A DNA stretch of 64,000 nt, from NCBI GenBank assembly GCA_046350735.1, contig JAXLZU010000001.1:684462-748461 (forward strand). The letters run 5' to 3'. A program made the translations under genes and the position numbers. Positions 47,568 to 57,060 of this stretch are shown piece by piece; position 1 is the first letter of the stretch, and every line of letters begins with the position of its first letter. The notes under the pieces are model-generated. The model searched no databases, had not been told where the DNA came from, and saw nothing but the letters and a program-made list of their open reading frames with translations. The DNA comes from Candidatus Saccharimonadota bacterium. GTDB lineage: Bacteria > Patescibacteriota > Saccharimonadia > CAILAD01 > BJGX01.

Positions 47568-47918
47568 TTATGCTATATCAGAAAAAATGCGTTTTAGAGC
47601 TTGGTAGGCAGCACTTACCAAGAATATAAAGGTAAATAGCAATAATCCTATCTGTAAATAGGTTACAAATAAGAATAGAACTCCGGTAGGAGTTTCACCA
47701 CCATTCCAAAATACACTATTCGTAAGAAATTTAATTATTTGCGTAAGGACAAAGGTAATAAGGGCAAACAATAAATACTTTCTTGCCTTGGTAACAGCAA
47801 GCTTATTTAGTCTCTCTCGGCTACGGATAGAAGCTTTTTGCTTTAATGTGTAGCCAGAGCTTTGCGCAACAATCTTGTTGCCTCCAGTAATTGATACTTT
47901 TCTCTGTTTCATAGACAT
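47568..47918 (-). CDS. Hypothetical two-TM protein
   Basis: Complete ORF with a basic N-terminus and two hydrophobic segments. Confidence 0.65.
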   Translation of the reverse strand: MSMKQRKVSITGGNKIVAQSSGYTLKQKASIRSRERLNKLAVTKARKYLLFALITFVLTQIIKFLTNSVFWNGGETPTGVLFLFVTYLQIGLLLFTFIFLVSAAYQALKRIFSDIA

Positions 47919-48047
47919 AGTATATCATAATATAGTGTATTTTTCAATACTTTTAGCATAAGTTTTTTTGTGCTAGTTTATGGATAATTTTTTTATTTTT
48001 GCTTTTGTGACGGACTAATTTTACGAGCAAGTTGTATTTTGAACATA

Positions 48048-48548
48048 TTAACTCATCCACCATGGACCAATTTTGATGCTTATTGGTTTTGTGTTCCGTC
48101 GCACCCGATAGACTGGTTTTTGTGGTCCAAAGTACTTTTCTACTACCCCCAACCAATGTTCTTTCAGCCATTTCTGCTGCTTAAAATACATATCTTCTAG
48201 TCCTCTCTCGGCAAATTCCTTTCGAATTACACCTCCAGAGTGTGGATGACGCTGTTTCTGCTGATGTGGCGAGTTAAAGCCATGAGCATAATGTGTCATC
48301 TCATGAACTATAGTAGCTTTTACAACATACTCTGGTACGTTTTCGTCTTGGTAAAGAGGATTTATCGTAATAATAGAGGTTTCTCCATCAAGTCTGTCAA
48401 GACTAATTGAGCCCAAACGACGTTTGGCTTTTCTGCCATATTGAATCTTTACTGTGTTCGATTGCTCAACATCTAAAAAATGCTTATACCAGATATCGGC
48501 TAGCATGTTTTCTAGCCATTCTTGGTCTCTTTGTGCACTATTACTCAT
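48048..48548 (-). CDS. SprT-like zinc metalloprotease
   Basis: RLGSI...ITIN...HEMTH...HSG zincin pattern; coupled to the helicase gene. Confidence 0.75.
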   Translation of the reverse strand: MSNSAQRDQEWLENMLADIWYKHFLDVEQSNTVKIQYGRKAKRRLGSISLDRLDGETSIITINPLYQDENVPEYVVKATIVHEMTHYAHGFNSPHQQKQRHPHSGGVIRKEFAERGLEDMYFKQQKWLKEHWLGVVEKYFGPQKPVYRVRRNTKPISIKIGPWWMS

Positions 48549-51367
48549 TCAATAAAACTTCCAAATTTTATCCTACTTTCACCACTCTGACTAAATTCTT
48601 TATTTAGTATACCATCTCGCACTTTTTCTAACTTTGCTAAAACAACATTTTTATCTACTGGTGGTTGCTTAACTAGTAGTGATTTTTCGAGATAGTTTAA
48701 ACTTAGACTATCCACAGGAGAATTATGTATTTTTTCCCAAGCCAAGGCATAGATTGCCATCTGTATACTCTCTTTTAACTTCTTCTGGGCAGCTTTTTCA
48801 TCCTTAACTTCACCAGTCTTAAAATCTGATATCTCAATCTGACCACCGCGATCAAAAACAGCATCATACCTTCCGCGGATAACCATCCCTACTTCAGCTA
48901 ATCGCAAAGTAAATGGCTTCTCTACCCATTTTGGAAAGTCTTTTTTGGCTTGCTCTTGCTTGTAAAAGCCAGAAAGAATTTCTTTACCTCGCTTGCGGCG
49001 AGATTGTTCGTGTTGAAACGACACAAACCCCTCACTCTTCCAACAATTATCAAACACCGTATATAGTTCTTCTAAGATAACCTTTTGACTCCGCATTACA
49101 CGGCTATAATAATACTCGATAGCAGCATGCATTGCCGAGCCGTAAACCAAAGAATGAAACGGCCCCTTAGGTAGCTGTAGAACATCAAAATACCAAAACT
49201 CTTTTGGCGACCTAAGATAGTCAGCAACCTGATTAGCACTCAAATGAAGCCAACCCTTGGTATCAAAATATCTCTGGGTTGGATCAAAATTTTTCATTGC
49301 CCTAACAGCTTGAGCTGGTTCAAAATCGTTAAAAACTGTTTTACCATCTTGGTGTTCTAACTTAGTAGGAACAAAATTGGTCGCCTCGCTAATAAAGCGT
49401 GATGGCTTCTTAGCTCTTTTACCACCATGATCGGCCGAACCAGTTATATAGAGCAGTTCTTTTGCCCGAGTCATAGCTACATAACAAAGCCGTCTTTCTT
49501 CGAGAAGATGCCAATTGATATCTGCTACATCTGTACTCTCCAAGAGACCTTCCGGAATTCTGATTGGTTCACTGCGTCGTGTAGCCGGAAAAGTCTGCTC
49601 TACCATATCCACCAAGAAAACAACCTTAAACTCAAGCCCTTTAGCCTTATGTACTGTTAGAATCTGTACAGCAGACTGATCGAGTGGTGCTACTTCTGAT
49701 ACAATATCTACCTCACTTTGATGCATTAGCTCAAAATATAAGTACAAACCATACAGGTTGGGAGTAGCAATTGTCCGCTCGTAGTCACGGATTAATGAAA
49801 AAAACTGAGATAAATACTGCAGTTGTAATACCGCATTATAATCAGATTCTGATTTGGTTACCAAATCTTGGATAGTATGATGGTTTTCTAAGTATGAATA
49901 GAGAATCTGTCCCCCTGTTAATGACGTGGCGCTTTGGCGCATGCTAGTAATATCATCGAGTGCACGCTTGATATCGACTGAGACATCAGTAGCTTCGCTT
50001 AGGTACTCTTCTAGACTAACTCGAGAGCGATGCGCAGCCGCACTGGCAGCCACCACATCATTAATTGGTAGACGATAAATTTCTCCAACCAATACTAGAT
50101 AAAGAGCCTGCGAATCAGCAGGATTATTAATGGCCTTTACCAGGTTAATTAACGAGCGCACCGGTTCTTGTTCGAATAATCTTTTGTTTTGGCTAAGCTC
50201 ATATGGGATAGATTTTTTCTCTAGTAAATGAGTAAATGATTCTGCTTGATTATTTTTACGCAATAAAATTGCTATCTCCTTAGGATCAGTACCACCCTCA
50301 ATAAGCTTCTCGATCTCTCCAGTTACCCACTGTGCTTCAACAGGTTGAGTGGCAAAGAACATTACTTCTGGTGCTTTTCCGGTTTTGGATGACGTTAGTT
50401 TTTTATTAATACTATTCTGACTCTCAAGCCGATATGGATTGTTATAACTAACTAAGCGGTGACTTGCATCTAGAATTTCTTGAGTAGAACGATAATTTCG
50501 AGTTAGAACAAACTGCGTGGCATCTGGAAAATCATTCATAAAGTGTAAAATATTACTAATGGCAGCACCACGAAATCCATATATAGACTGATCATCATCA
50601 CCTACAACAAACAGATTTTGATGTTTTTTTGACAACATTTTTACAATTTCGTTCTGAACATAGTTGGTATCTTGGTATTCATCTACTAGAATATACTGAT
50701 ATTGTTGTTGAAAATACTTTAATACTTCTTTTCTAGATTGAAATAGATGCAAGCAATAGACCAACAAGTCGGCATAATCTAGACAATTCTGCTCAAGTTT
50801 GGCCTTTTCAAATGCAGAAAATAACCTTGCCAATTCCTGATTCCGCTCTTTTTCTTCCCCGTCTAAGCCGCTTTGATCTACAAATTCTGCAAATTTCTGC
50901 TCGGTAATACCTTCGTCTTTTAGGTGACTGAAAAACCCTAATACAGCACTTACAAAACTATATGGATTACTCGCAGTCTTGTAATACTTAAGGTTAAGAT
51001 CGTTTATGACAGCCTGCAAAATAACTACCTGTTGGTAGGTAGAGATTATTGTAAAATCAGCGCTCAAACCTATTTCAACGCCATAACTACGCAGAACTTC
51101 AGCGCAGAAACTATGAAAAGTAGTTATCGTACTATCGACGTAACCGATAGGTGACACCTCATCTACCCTATCCTGCATTTGTGCAGCTGCCTTATCGGTA
51201 AACGTTAGTGCCAAAATTTTCTCTGGGGCAACTTTTTTAGCAGTAATTAATTGTAAAATTCTCTGTGTAATAACGGCTGTTTTACCAGTGCCTGCTCCGG
51301 CCACAACCAAAGCTGGCCCTCTGCCATGAGCTATTGCCTGCTTTTGCTCTGTATTATATTTCTCCAT
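48545..51367 (-). CDS. UvrD/PcrA-family helicase with C-terminal PD-(D/E)XK nuclease
   Basis: AGAGTGKT, DEYQD, VGDDDQSIYGFRGA, NYRS, TVHKAKGLEF, YVAMTRA; GRYD...ISDFKTG nuclease motif. Confidence 0.92.
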   Translation of the reverse strand: MEKYNTEQKQAIAHGRGPALVVAGAGTGKTAVITQRILQLITAKKVAPEKILALTFTDKAAAQMQDRVDEVSPIGYVDSTITTFHSFCAEVLRSYGVEIGLSADFTIISTYQQVVILQAVINDLNLKYYKTASNPYSFVSAVLGFFSHLKDEGITEQKFAEFVDQSGLDGEEKERNQELARLFSAFEKAKLEQNCLDYADLLVYCLHLFQSRKEVLKYFQQQYQYILVDEYQDTNYVQNEIVKMLSKKHQNLFVVGDDDQSIYGFRGAAISNILHFMNDFPDATQFVLTRNYRSTQEILDASHRLVSYNNPYRLESQNSINKKLTSSKTGKAPEVMFFATQPVEAQWVTGEIEKLIEGGTDPKEIAILLRKNNQAESFTHLLEKKSIPYELSQNKRLFEQEPVRSLINLVKAINNPADSQALYLVLVGEIYRLPINDVVAASAAAHRSRVSLEEYLSEATDVSVDIKRALDDITSMRQSATSLTGGQILYSYLENHHTIQDLVTKSESDYNAVLQLQYLSQFFSLIRDYERTIATPNLYGLYLYFELMHQSEVDIVSEVAPLDQSAVQILTVHKAKGLEFKVVFLVDMVEQTFPATRRSEPIRIPEGLLESTDVADINWHLLEERRLCYVAMTRAKELLYITGSADHGGKRAKKPSRFISEATNFVPTKLEHQDGKTVFNDFEPAQAVRAMKNFDPTQRYFDTKGWLHLSANQVADYLRSPKEFWYFDVLQLPKGPFHSLVYGSAMHAAIEYYYSRVMRSQKVILEELYTVFDNCWKSEGFVSFQHEQSRRKRGKEILSGFYKQEQAKKDFPKWVEKPFTLRLAEVGMVIRGRYDAVFDRGGQIEISDFKTGEVKDEKAAQKKLKESIQMAIYALAWEKIHNSPVDSLSLNYLEKSLLVKQPPVDKNVVLAKLEKVRDGILNKEFSQSGESRIKFGSFIE

Positions 51368-51438
51368 CTACTTTATTATACGAGAAATCTACTTGGTAAC
51401 CTATAATGAAGATGATAAGCTAGGATAAAAGGGGTTAT

Positions 51439-53400
51439 ATGGATAGAGAGTTATGCACATACAAGACAGCCTCCCCCGCAGAAGGTTTGCCTACAGCAGC
51501 TAACTTTCACATCCAAGTCATAAACAATCACTCTAACAAAAATCATTATGGTGAGACCTTTATACTCGCATTTATACCTGGCGAGATGCATCAACGAGTT
51601 TTCGAACGTGCTGTCGTAAGTTTTGAAGACCATTATTACCGAGCAGAGATTGAAGATGATAACTTCAAAAGATTTAGCCGTTCAATCCGTGCCATTAATA
51701 CTGGTATGGAAGAGATAAGACAATACTACAAAGTCCATCGACAGGCATACAATTACAGCTTTTGCATCCTCACAGTCACTGAGAGCGATTTTTTACTCTC
51801 GGCATGTGGTCTAAGTCATGTTATTGCCGAAGACACCTCAAACCGCCTCCACGAAGTGTATGTGCCAGAAGAATTTTTGGAGTTTTCTGAGATTATTACA
51901 GGATCACATCAAGATCTTAACCATCTTTTCTTGTGTCTCACTGATACAAACCACCCTCTGCTATCTTCTGTGATTGAGCAGATTGCCTATTCTATCCTTT
52001 TAGCCACCAAAGGGCGCATTCAATCTCCCTATCTCAATATGATGGTTAATTTTCAGACTACTCCTTCTACTCTGTCATCAAACAAGACAGCTGTATCAGC
52101 ACTAGGGATCTTTACTAAGACCAGCAACCACTTTAAGAAGCAATACAAAGCTGTTAAATCACGTATTCTTTCTCGGAGGAATACAAAAAACCAGACACCA
52201 AATATTCAGCAACAGAAGACAAAACCTGCAAGAAAGATATCTCATCGCATTCAAACCCTTTGGACCAAGCTTTGGAGTACCTATATCAACCCTAATCCAC
52301 TTCGAGCCTTAATTGTAGTAGGTGGTGTTGTAGCTTTACTAATTGTTGGTATTATAGCTTGGAATATTTTTGGGAGTAACAATAAAACATCAACCCAGTA
52401 CCAAAAAATACAAAGTCTCTACTCGAACGCCCAAACCAGCAAAACCAACCAAGACGTTACCAATTCTGAAACCCAATTTAAACAAGTACTCAGCGAGATT
52501 TCTCAGCTCAGCAACGCCGAGAAAACAGCCCTTAACAAATATGCTTCTAGCCACAATCAGCCTAGTCTAGAAGATATGTCCAAAAATTCTCAGATCCAAC
52601 TCGATGAAATGCACAATATATTTCGAGTAAGTGCTGCAAAAACCTTCTCGGAAACAAATTTTTCTTATTCACTTATTTCTAGCAGTGCCTCACAGCTCAA
52701 TTTATTAAATCCAAGTAATGGTAAACTTTTGGGTTACACCACTTCTAATCAAAAATCTACTAGCAAGAACCAGACGAGTCTTATTGATAGCAAATGGTTA
52801 GTTTCATCAATAGATACACCACTCACCTACGCCATTTCGCAAAAATCAGTGTTTCAGATAAAGCCAGACTTATCGGCAGTAGAAGCACGCACAAGCGCTA
52901 CCTCATGGCCAAATGCTCAAGCAGCCGCTACATATGCAGGTAATTTATATTTCTTAATGCCATCTGCCGGTCAGATTTATCGGTTTCGATCAGTTGGTAG
53001 TAACCAATTTGGCCCGCAAACCAATTATCTCAAAACAGTCGACTCTAGCCTAAATGATGCCGTAAGTTTTGTTGTAAATACTACTATATACACCACATCA
53101 AAAACAGGTAGTATTCATCAGTACAGTCAAAATTCTTTGCAGAGCTTTACTACTACTGGCCTACCAACCCTAACCGATGTTATACAAATAGCTTATCGAG
53201 CAACACCAGAATCACTCATTTTGCTCGATACCAAGCAAAATTCATTTACAATCTTAAGTGTCCAGGGTAATGCCGCAACCTTTCAAAGAGAGTTAATTGT
53301 AAATAATACTACAGATATAAGTAGCTTTACACTGGATGAGAAGAATAGCCTTCTCTATTTTGTCTCTAAGGACGGCTTGTATAGTTTGCCGCTACCTTAA
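51439..53400 (+). CDS. Hypothetical bitopic protein (cytoplasmic N-domain, TM, extracellular beta-propeller-like region)
   Basis: Central TM (ALIVVGGVVALLIVGIIAW); YAGNLYFL-type repeats. Confidence 0.8.
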   Translation: MDRELCTYKTASPAEGLPTAANFHIQVINNHSNKNHYGETFILAFIPGEMHQRVFERAVVSFEDHYYRAEIEDDNFKRFSRSIRAINTGMEEIRQYYKVHRQAYNYSFCILTVTESDFLLSACGLSHVIAEDTSNRLHEVYVPEEFLEFSEIITGSHQDLNHLFLCLTDTNHPLLSSVIEQIAYSILLATKGRIQSPYLNMMVNFQTTPSTLSSNKTAVSALGIFTKTSNHFKKQYKAVKSRILSRRNTKNQTPNIQQQKTKPARKISHRIQTLWTKLWSTYINPNPLRALIVVGGVVALLIVGIIAWNIFGSNNKTSTQYQKIQSLYSNAQTSKTNQDVTNSETQFKQVLSEISQLSNAEKTALNKYASSHNQPSLEDMSKNSQIQLDEMHNIFRVSAAKTFSETNFSYSLISSSASQLNLLNPSNGKLLGYTTSNQKSTSKNQTSLIDSKWLVSSIDTPLTYAISQKSVFQIKPDLSAVEARTSATSWPNAQAAATYAGNLYFLMPSAGQIYRFRSVGSNQFGPQTNYLKTVDSSLNDAVSFVVNTTIYTTSKTGSIHQYSQNSLQSFTTTGLPTLTDVIQIAYRATPESLILLDTKQNSFTILSVQGNAATFQRELIVNNTTDISSFTLDEKNSLLYFVSKDGLYSLPLP

Positions 53401-53401
53401 G

Positions 53402-55006
53402 CTACATTTTTTCTAATAACGTAACACCAAGCAGCGTAAATATTGCCTCGTACACCTGACAAAATCTGTCGAGTAAGGCTAACTTATGTGCAGCATCCTC
53501 ACTGCCTACAACTTTCTCTTGCTCGTACCACTCATGGTAACATCGTGCTACCTCCAAGGTTGCATGCAGCAGAAGGTGAACTTTGTGATTTTGAGTAACA
53601 GCATGTAATATTTCTGGTATCTGACTTACTTGGCGTAATAGTTCTCGCTGTGGAGCTGAGAGCTGACTTGGGTTGAGATGTTCGGCCGGGCCAAGATTAT
53701 TTTCGTTAGCCATCACCCGTAGCGAGCAAGCCCGAGCATAGGCATACATAGCATAGTACACTGGGTTTTTTTGCGACCTATCTTTTACAAGATCGATGTC
53801 GAAATCCATATGACTATTTGTATCACGCATACCAAAGTAGAAACGTGCTGCCTCTGTAGGTACTTCTTCGAGAAAATCAGCAAGCAGAATGTAATTACCA
53901 GCTCGCTTACTCATCTTAAATTCTTTACCATCCTTTATAAGTCGAATAGTCTGGGTAGATAGCTCATTAAAGCCTGTGTGCCCAAGTGCCTCGAGGGTCT
54001 TAATGAGTCTGATAGCTTGCCCATGATGATCTGGGCCAACAATAGTAATAGTTTTTTCAAAACCTCTTACTTCTATGCGATTTAGCTGATAAGCAATATC
54101 TTTTAAGAAGTAGGTTTCTCCCTTATCATAGCTTCTTACCAAAACCTCATCTTTGTCTAGGCCAATCTTTTTGCCATTTAGCCAAATAGCGCCTTCTTTT
54201 TCTTTGAGTAACCCAGCTTCTTTTAGACGAGCCAGCGTCTCCTTGGTATCAGCAATTGTTTCTGAAAATATTGTGTCAAAATGTACACCAAGTCGCTCGA
54301 GATCGTGCTTTATATAGTGATCTAAGATAATTTCTGCTGCCCGTTTACCAATTATAGCTGGATCGGTCGCCACAACCCTACCCGATTCGCCATACTCTTC
54401 AGTAATGATTTTGGCTACTGCGTCTACATAATCACCTCTGTATAACTCTTTGGCCCGCTCTGGTGAGAATTCTTTACCAAGACTCTGTTGAATAGCCTCA
54501 CCAAGAGCAGTTATCTGGTTACCACCATCATTTAGATAATATTCGCGGTCCACCTGGTAACCCTGAGAGGCATAAATATTCGACAAAATATCACCATAAT
54601 ACCCCTGCCACGCATTAGTGAGAACAAGTGGTCCGGTTGGATTAGCACTGATAAATTCAATTTGTACTTTTTGCGGAGTTGATTTCAACTGATGGCCAAA
54701 ATTTGCAAATGTATCAGCATAACTACACCACACATCAGGAGTGAGAGTAATATTAATAAACCCAGGCCCTGCCACTTCGGCTTTCTCAATGCCCTCAACT
54801 GTGCAAATTGCTTCTACCAACATGTTGGCCACCTCTATAGGAGATTTTTTTAGTTTGGGGGCCAATTGAAGAGCAATATTTGAGGCGAAGTCACCAAATT
54901 TAGCCTCACAATAATCCAAACTTACTCCAGCTGGGAGTCGATCTTGAAATTTTTGCATATAGGCTTGTTCGATTGCCTCAGAGGCGGTCTGTTTTGGCAG
55001 TTCCAT
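53402..55006 (-). CDS. argS: Arginine-tRNA ligase
   Basis: FGDFASN, GPGFINI, EFISANPTGPL, YYLNDGG.QI, GPDHHG, KMSKRAG, NPVYYAMYAYAR. Confidence 0.95.
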   Translation of the reverse strand: MELPKQTASEAIEQAYMQKFQDRLPAGVSLDYCEAKFGDFASNIALQLAPKLKKSPIEVANMLVEAICTVEGIEKAEVAGPGFINITLTPDVWCSYADTFANFGHQLKSTPQKVQIEFISANPTGPLVLTNAWQGYYGDILSNIYASQGYQVDREYYLNDGGNQITALGEAIQQSLGKEFSPERAKELYRGDYVDAVAKIITEEYGESGRVVATDPAIIGKRAAEIILDHYIKHDLERLGVHFDTIFSETIADTKETLARLKEAGLLKEKEGAIWLNGKKIGLDKDEVLVRSYDKGETYFLKDIAYQLNRIEVRGFEKTITIVGPDHHGQAIRLIKTLEALGHTGFNELSTQTIRLIKDGKEFKMSKRAGNYILLADFLEEVPTEAARFYFGMRDTNSHMDFDIDLVKDRSQKNPVYYAMYAYARACSLRVMANENNLGPAEHLNPSQLSAPQRELLRQVSQIPEILHAVTQNHKVHLLLHATLEVARCYHEWYEQEKVVGSEDAAHKLALLDRFCQVYEAIFTLLGVTLLEKM

Positions 55007-55053
55007 GTCTCTATTATATCTGATTTACTATCAAGTAGGCTATAATAAGAACT

Positions 55054-55503
55054 ATGAAAATATTAGCCAAGAACAAACGAGCCAAATTTGACTATACCAT
55101 CAGCAAGACATATCTAGCTGGCATTGTTTTGAGTGGCCAAGAAACCAAGAGTGCCCGATCTGGTGCAATTAGCCTAAAAGGCAGTTTTGTTTACTTTAGT
55201 GGCAATGAGGCTTATCTTACCAACGCTACTATCACTGCCTACAAACACGCCTCGCACACCGAGAGCTATGACCCTACCCGAAACCGCAAGCTCTTATTAC
55301 AAAAGAAAGAGCTGGTAGAGCTTCGAGAAGCCGTGCAATCTACTGGGATGACAGTACTACCCCTAGCAATGGGCTTAGAACGTAACCTTATTAAAGTAGA
55401 GATTGGCCTAGGACGGGGTAAAAAAGCTTACGACAAGCGTCAAAGCATAAAAAAGCGCGATATGTTACGCGATGCTAGCCGCGATATTAAACCTACGCGC
55501 TAA
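55054..55503 (+). CDS. smpB: SsrA-binding protein
   Basis: NKRAKFDY, AGIVLSGQETKS, RKLLL, GKKAYDKR. Confidence 0.97.
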   Translation: MKILAKNKRAKFDYTISKTYLAGIVLSGQETKSARSGAISLKGSFVYFSGNEAYLTNATITAYKHASHTESYDPTRNRKLLLQKKELVELREAVQSTGMTVLPLAMGLERNLIKVEIGLGRGKKAYDKRQSIKKRDMLRDASRDIKPTR

Positions 55504-55562
55504 AAAATATATTATTTTTTGTGTTCATTTGCGTTTCTTATCTGTTGAAACTAAATAATATT

Positions 55563-55596
55563 ACATATACTTAATGCTATAGCATTAAGTATATGT
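55563..55596. repeat. Perfect 34-bp palindrome
   Basis: ACATATACTTAATGCTA|TAGCATTAAGTATATGT with no loop. Confidence 0.9.
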
Positions 55597-55663
55597 GTAA
55601 AATACATGGATTTTCTTCTGTCGGCTTGAATTATCAGTGAATATTGCTTATGCTAGAAGTATT

Positions 55664-56674
55664 ATGAATTCCCTCTCTTCTATTGCAGCCCAGTTATTAA
55701 CAGACCCAAAAGGACTTTTGGCAGCTGATGAGTCGACCAAGAGTGCCAATAAGCGCTTAGCAGCATTAAATATAGAGCAGACCGAAGAAATGCGACGTAT
55801 ATATCGCCAAATGCTCTTTACTACACCCAATGTCGCACAATACATTAGCGGTGTAATACTCTATGACGAAACAATTCGTCAAACCACTGACGATGGCCGG
55901 CCCTTTGCTGATTATTTGCAAGAACAAGGCATAATTCCAGGTATAAAAGTTGATGGTGGTCTGGTAGACCTGACTAACTTCCCTGGTGAAACGGTTACAG
56001 AAGGTCTCGATGGTTTGGCAGAACGGCTGGCAGAGTATTACAAAATGGGTGCTAGGTTTACCAAATGGCGTGCAGCTTTTGGTGTAGATGAGTCGGCCAA
56101 GCTACCGAGCTCTACCGCCATACATGCCAACTTACATGGTATGGCACGGTACGCCGCCCTTGCCCAAGCGACTGGTATGGTACCAATTGTCGAACCCGAA
56201 GTTCTCTATGATGGCAGCCACAGCCAGAAGGCCTGCCAAGACACCTTAAGTAATGTCTTACGTATACTATTCGATCTCTTAACTGCTTACCGTGTAGATC
56301 TGACTGGCGTTATTCTTAAATCGAGTATGGTTCTAGCCGGCAAAGAAAATACCCAGCAAGCCGACCCGCACGCTGTCGCCAACGCTACCCTGCAAGTGTT
56401 TAATGAGCGTGTACCCAAAGAAGTGGCTGGTATTGTTTTTCTATCTGGTGGACAAAGCCCAGATATGGCAACTGCCAATCTTAACGCTATCGGCAGTGCC
56501 GGCAAGCAGCCATGGCCTATTACCTTCTCTTTCTCGCGCGCCGTGCAAGACCCTGTAATGGCCAAGTGGGATGGCAAAAGCCAAAATGTTATTGAAGCTC
56601 AAGCAATCTTTGCCCAACTTTTAGCCAATAACTCACTCGCCCGCGACGGTAAATTTGTGGCAGATAAAAATTAA
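55664..56674 (+). CDS. fba: Fructose-bisphosphate aldolase class I
   Basis: KGLLAADES, GIKVD.G, KWR, VPIVEPEV, LKSSMV, FLSGGQS, TFSFSRA. Confidence 0.95.
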   Translation: MNSLSSIAAQLLTDPKGLLAADESTKSANKRLAALNIEQTEEMRRIYRQMLFTTPNVAQYISGVILYDETIRQTTDDGRPFADYLQEQGIIPGIKVDGGLVDLTNFPGETVTEGLDGLAERLAEYYKMGARFTKWRAAFGVDESAKLPSSTAIHANLHGMARYAALAQATGMVPIVEPEVLYDGSHSQKACQDTLSNVLRILFDLLTAYRVDLTGVILKSSMVLAGKENTQQADPHAVANATLQVFNERVPKEVAGIVFLSGGQSPDMATANLNAIGSAGKQPWPITFSFSRAVQDPVMAKWDGKSQNVIEAQAIFAQLLANNSLARDGKFVADKN

Positions 56675-56709
56675 TTGCAAAAAAACTAAAAAAACTTTGA
56701 AAAAAGTTG

Positions 56710-56739
56710 TTGACAAGGCTTATGCTTAACCAGTATTAT
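56710..56739 (+). promoter_or_regulatory. Sigma70 promoter
   Basis: TTGACA-18 nt-TATTAT with CTTATGCT in the spacer. Confidence 0.65.
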
Positions 56740-56746
56740 GGATTTA

Positions 56747-56894
56747 GTGCTGCACACTAAAATTACTCAAAACAAAAACAAAGCTCTTTTTTACAGATTG
56801 GCGGAGGCATAAAGCCCCGCCAATTTGTTTTAACAAAATAACCAACATAGACAAATTAATGTATTCGAGCCAAATTGCGGCTCGATTTTTTTTT
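56747..56894 (+). other. Leader with 21-codon mini-ORF, hairpin and terminator (attenuator-like or sRNA)
   Basis: GTG..VLHTKITQNKNKALFYRLAEA-TAA ends inside the hairpin ATTGGCGGAGGC/GCCCCGCCAAT; then TCGAGCC/GGCTCGA followed by a long T run. Confidence 0.45.
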
Positions 56895-57060
56895 GGCTAA
56901 ACCAAAATTCTTATACTTATATATATACTAACTCCAAAAAGTTGGTTACAATAAAAATAGATTTGATTTAAGAATCATAAGGTAAACAAAAATCAAAAAA
57001 ACAAAAAGCCAGGTAAAAGATATTTTTAATCTGCTATTTACCTACTCAATAGCAGCTCTT

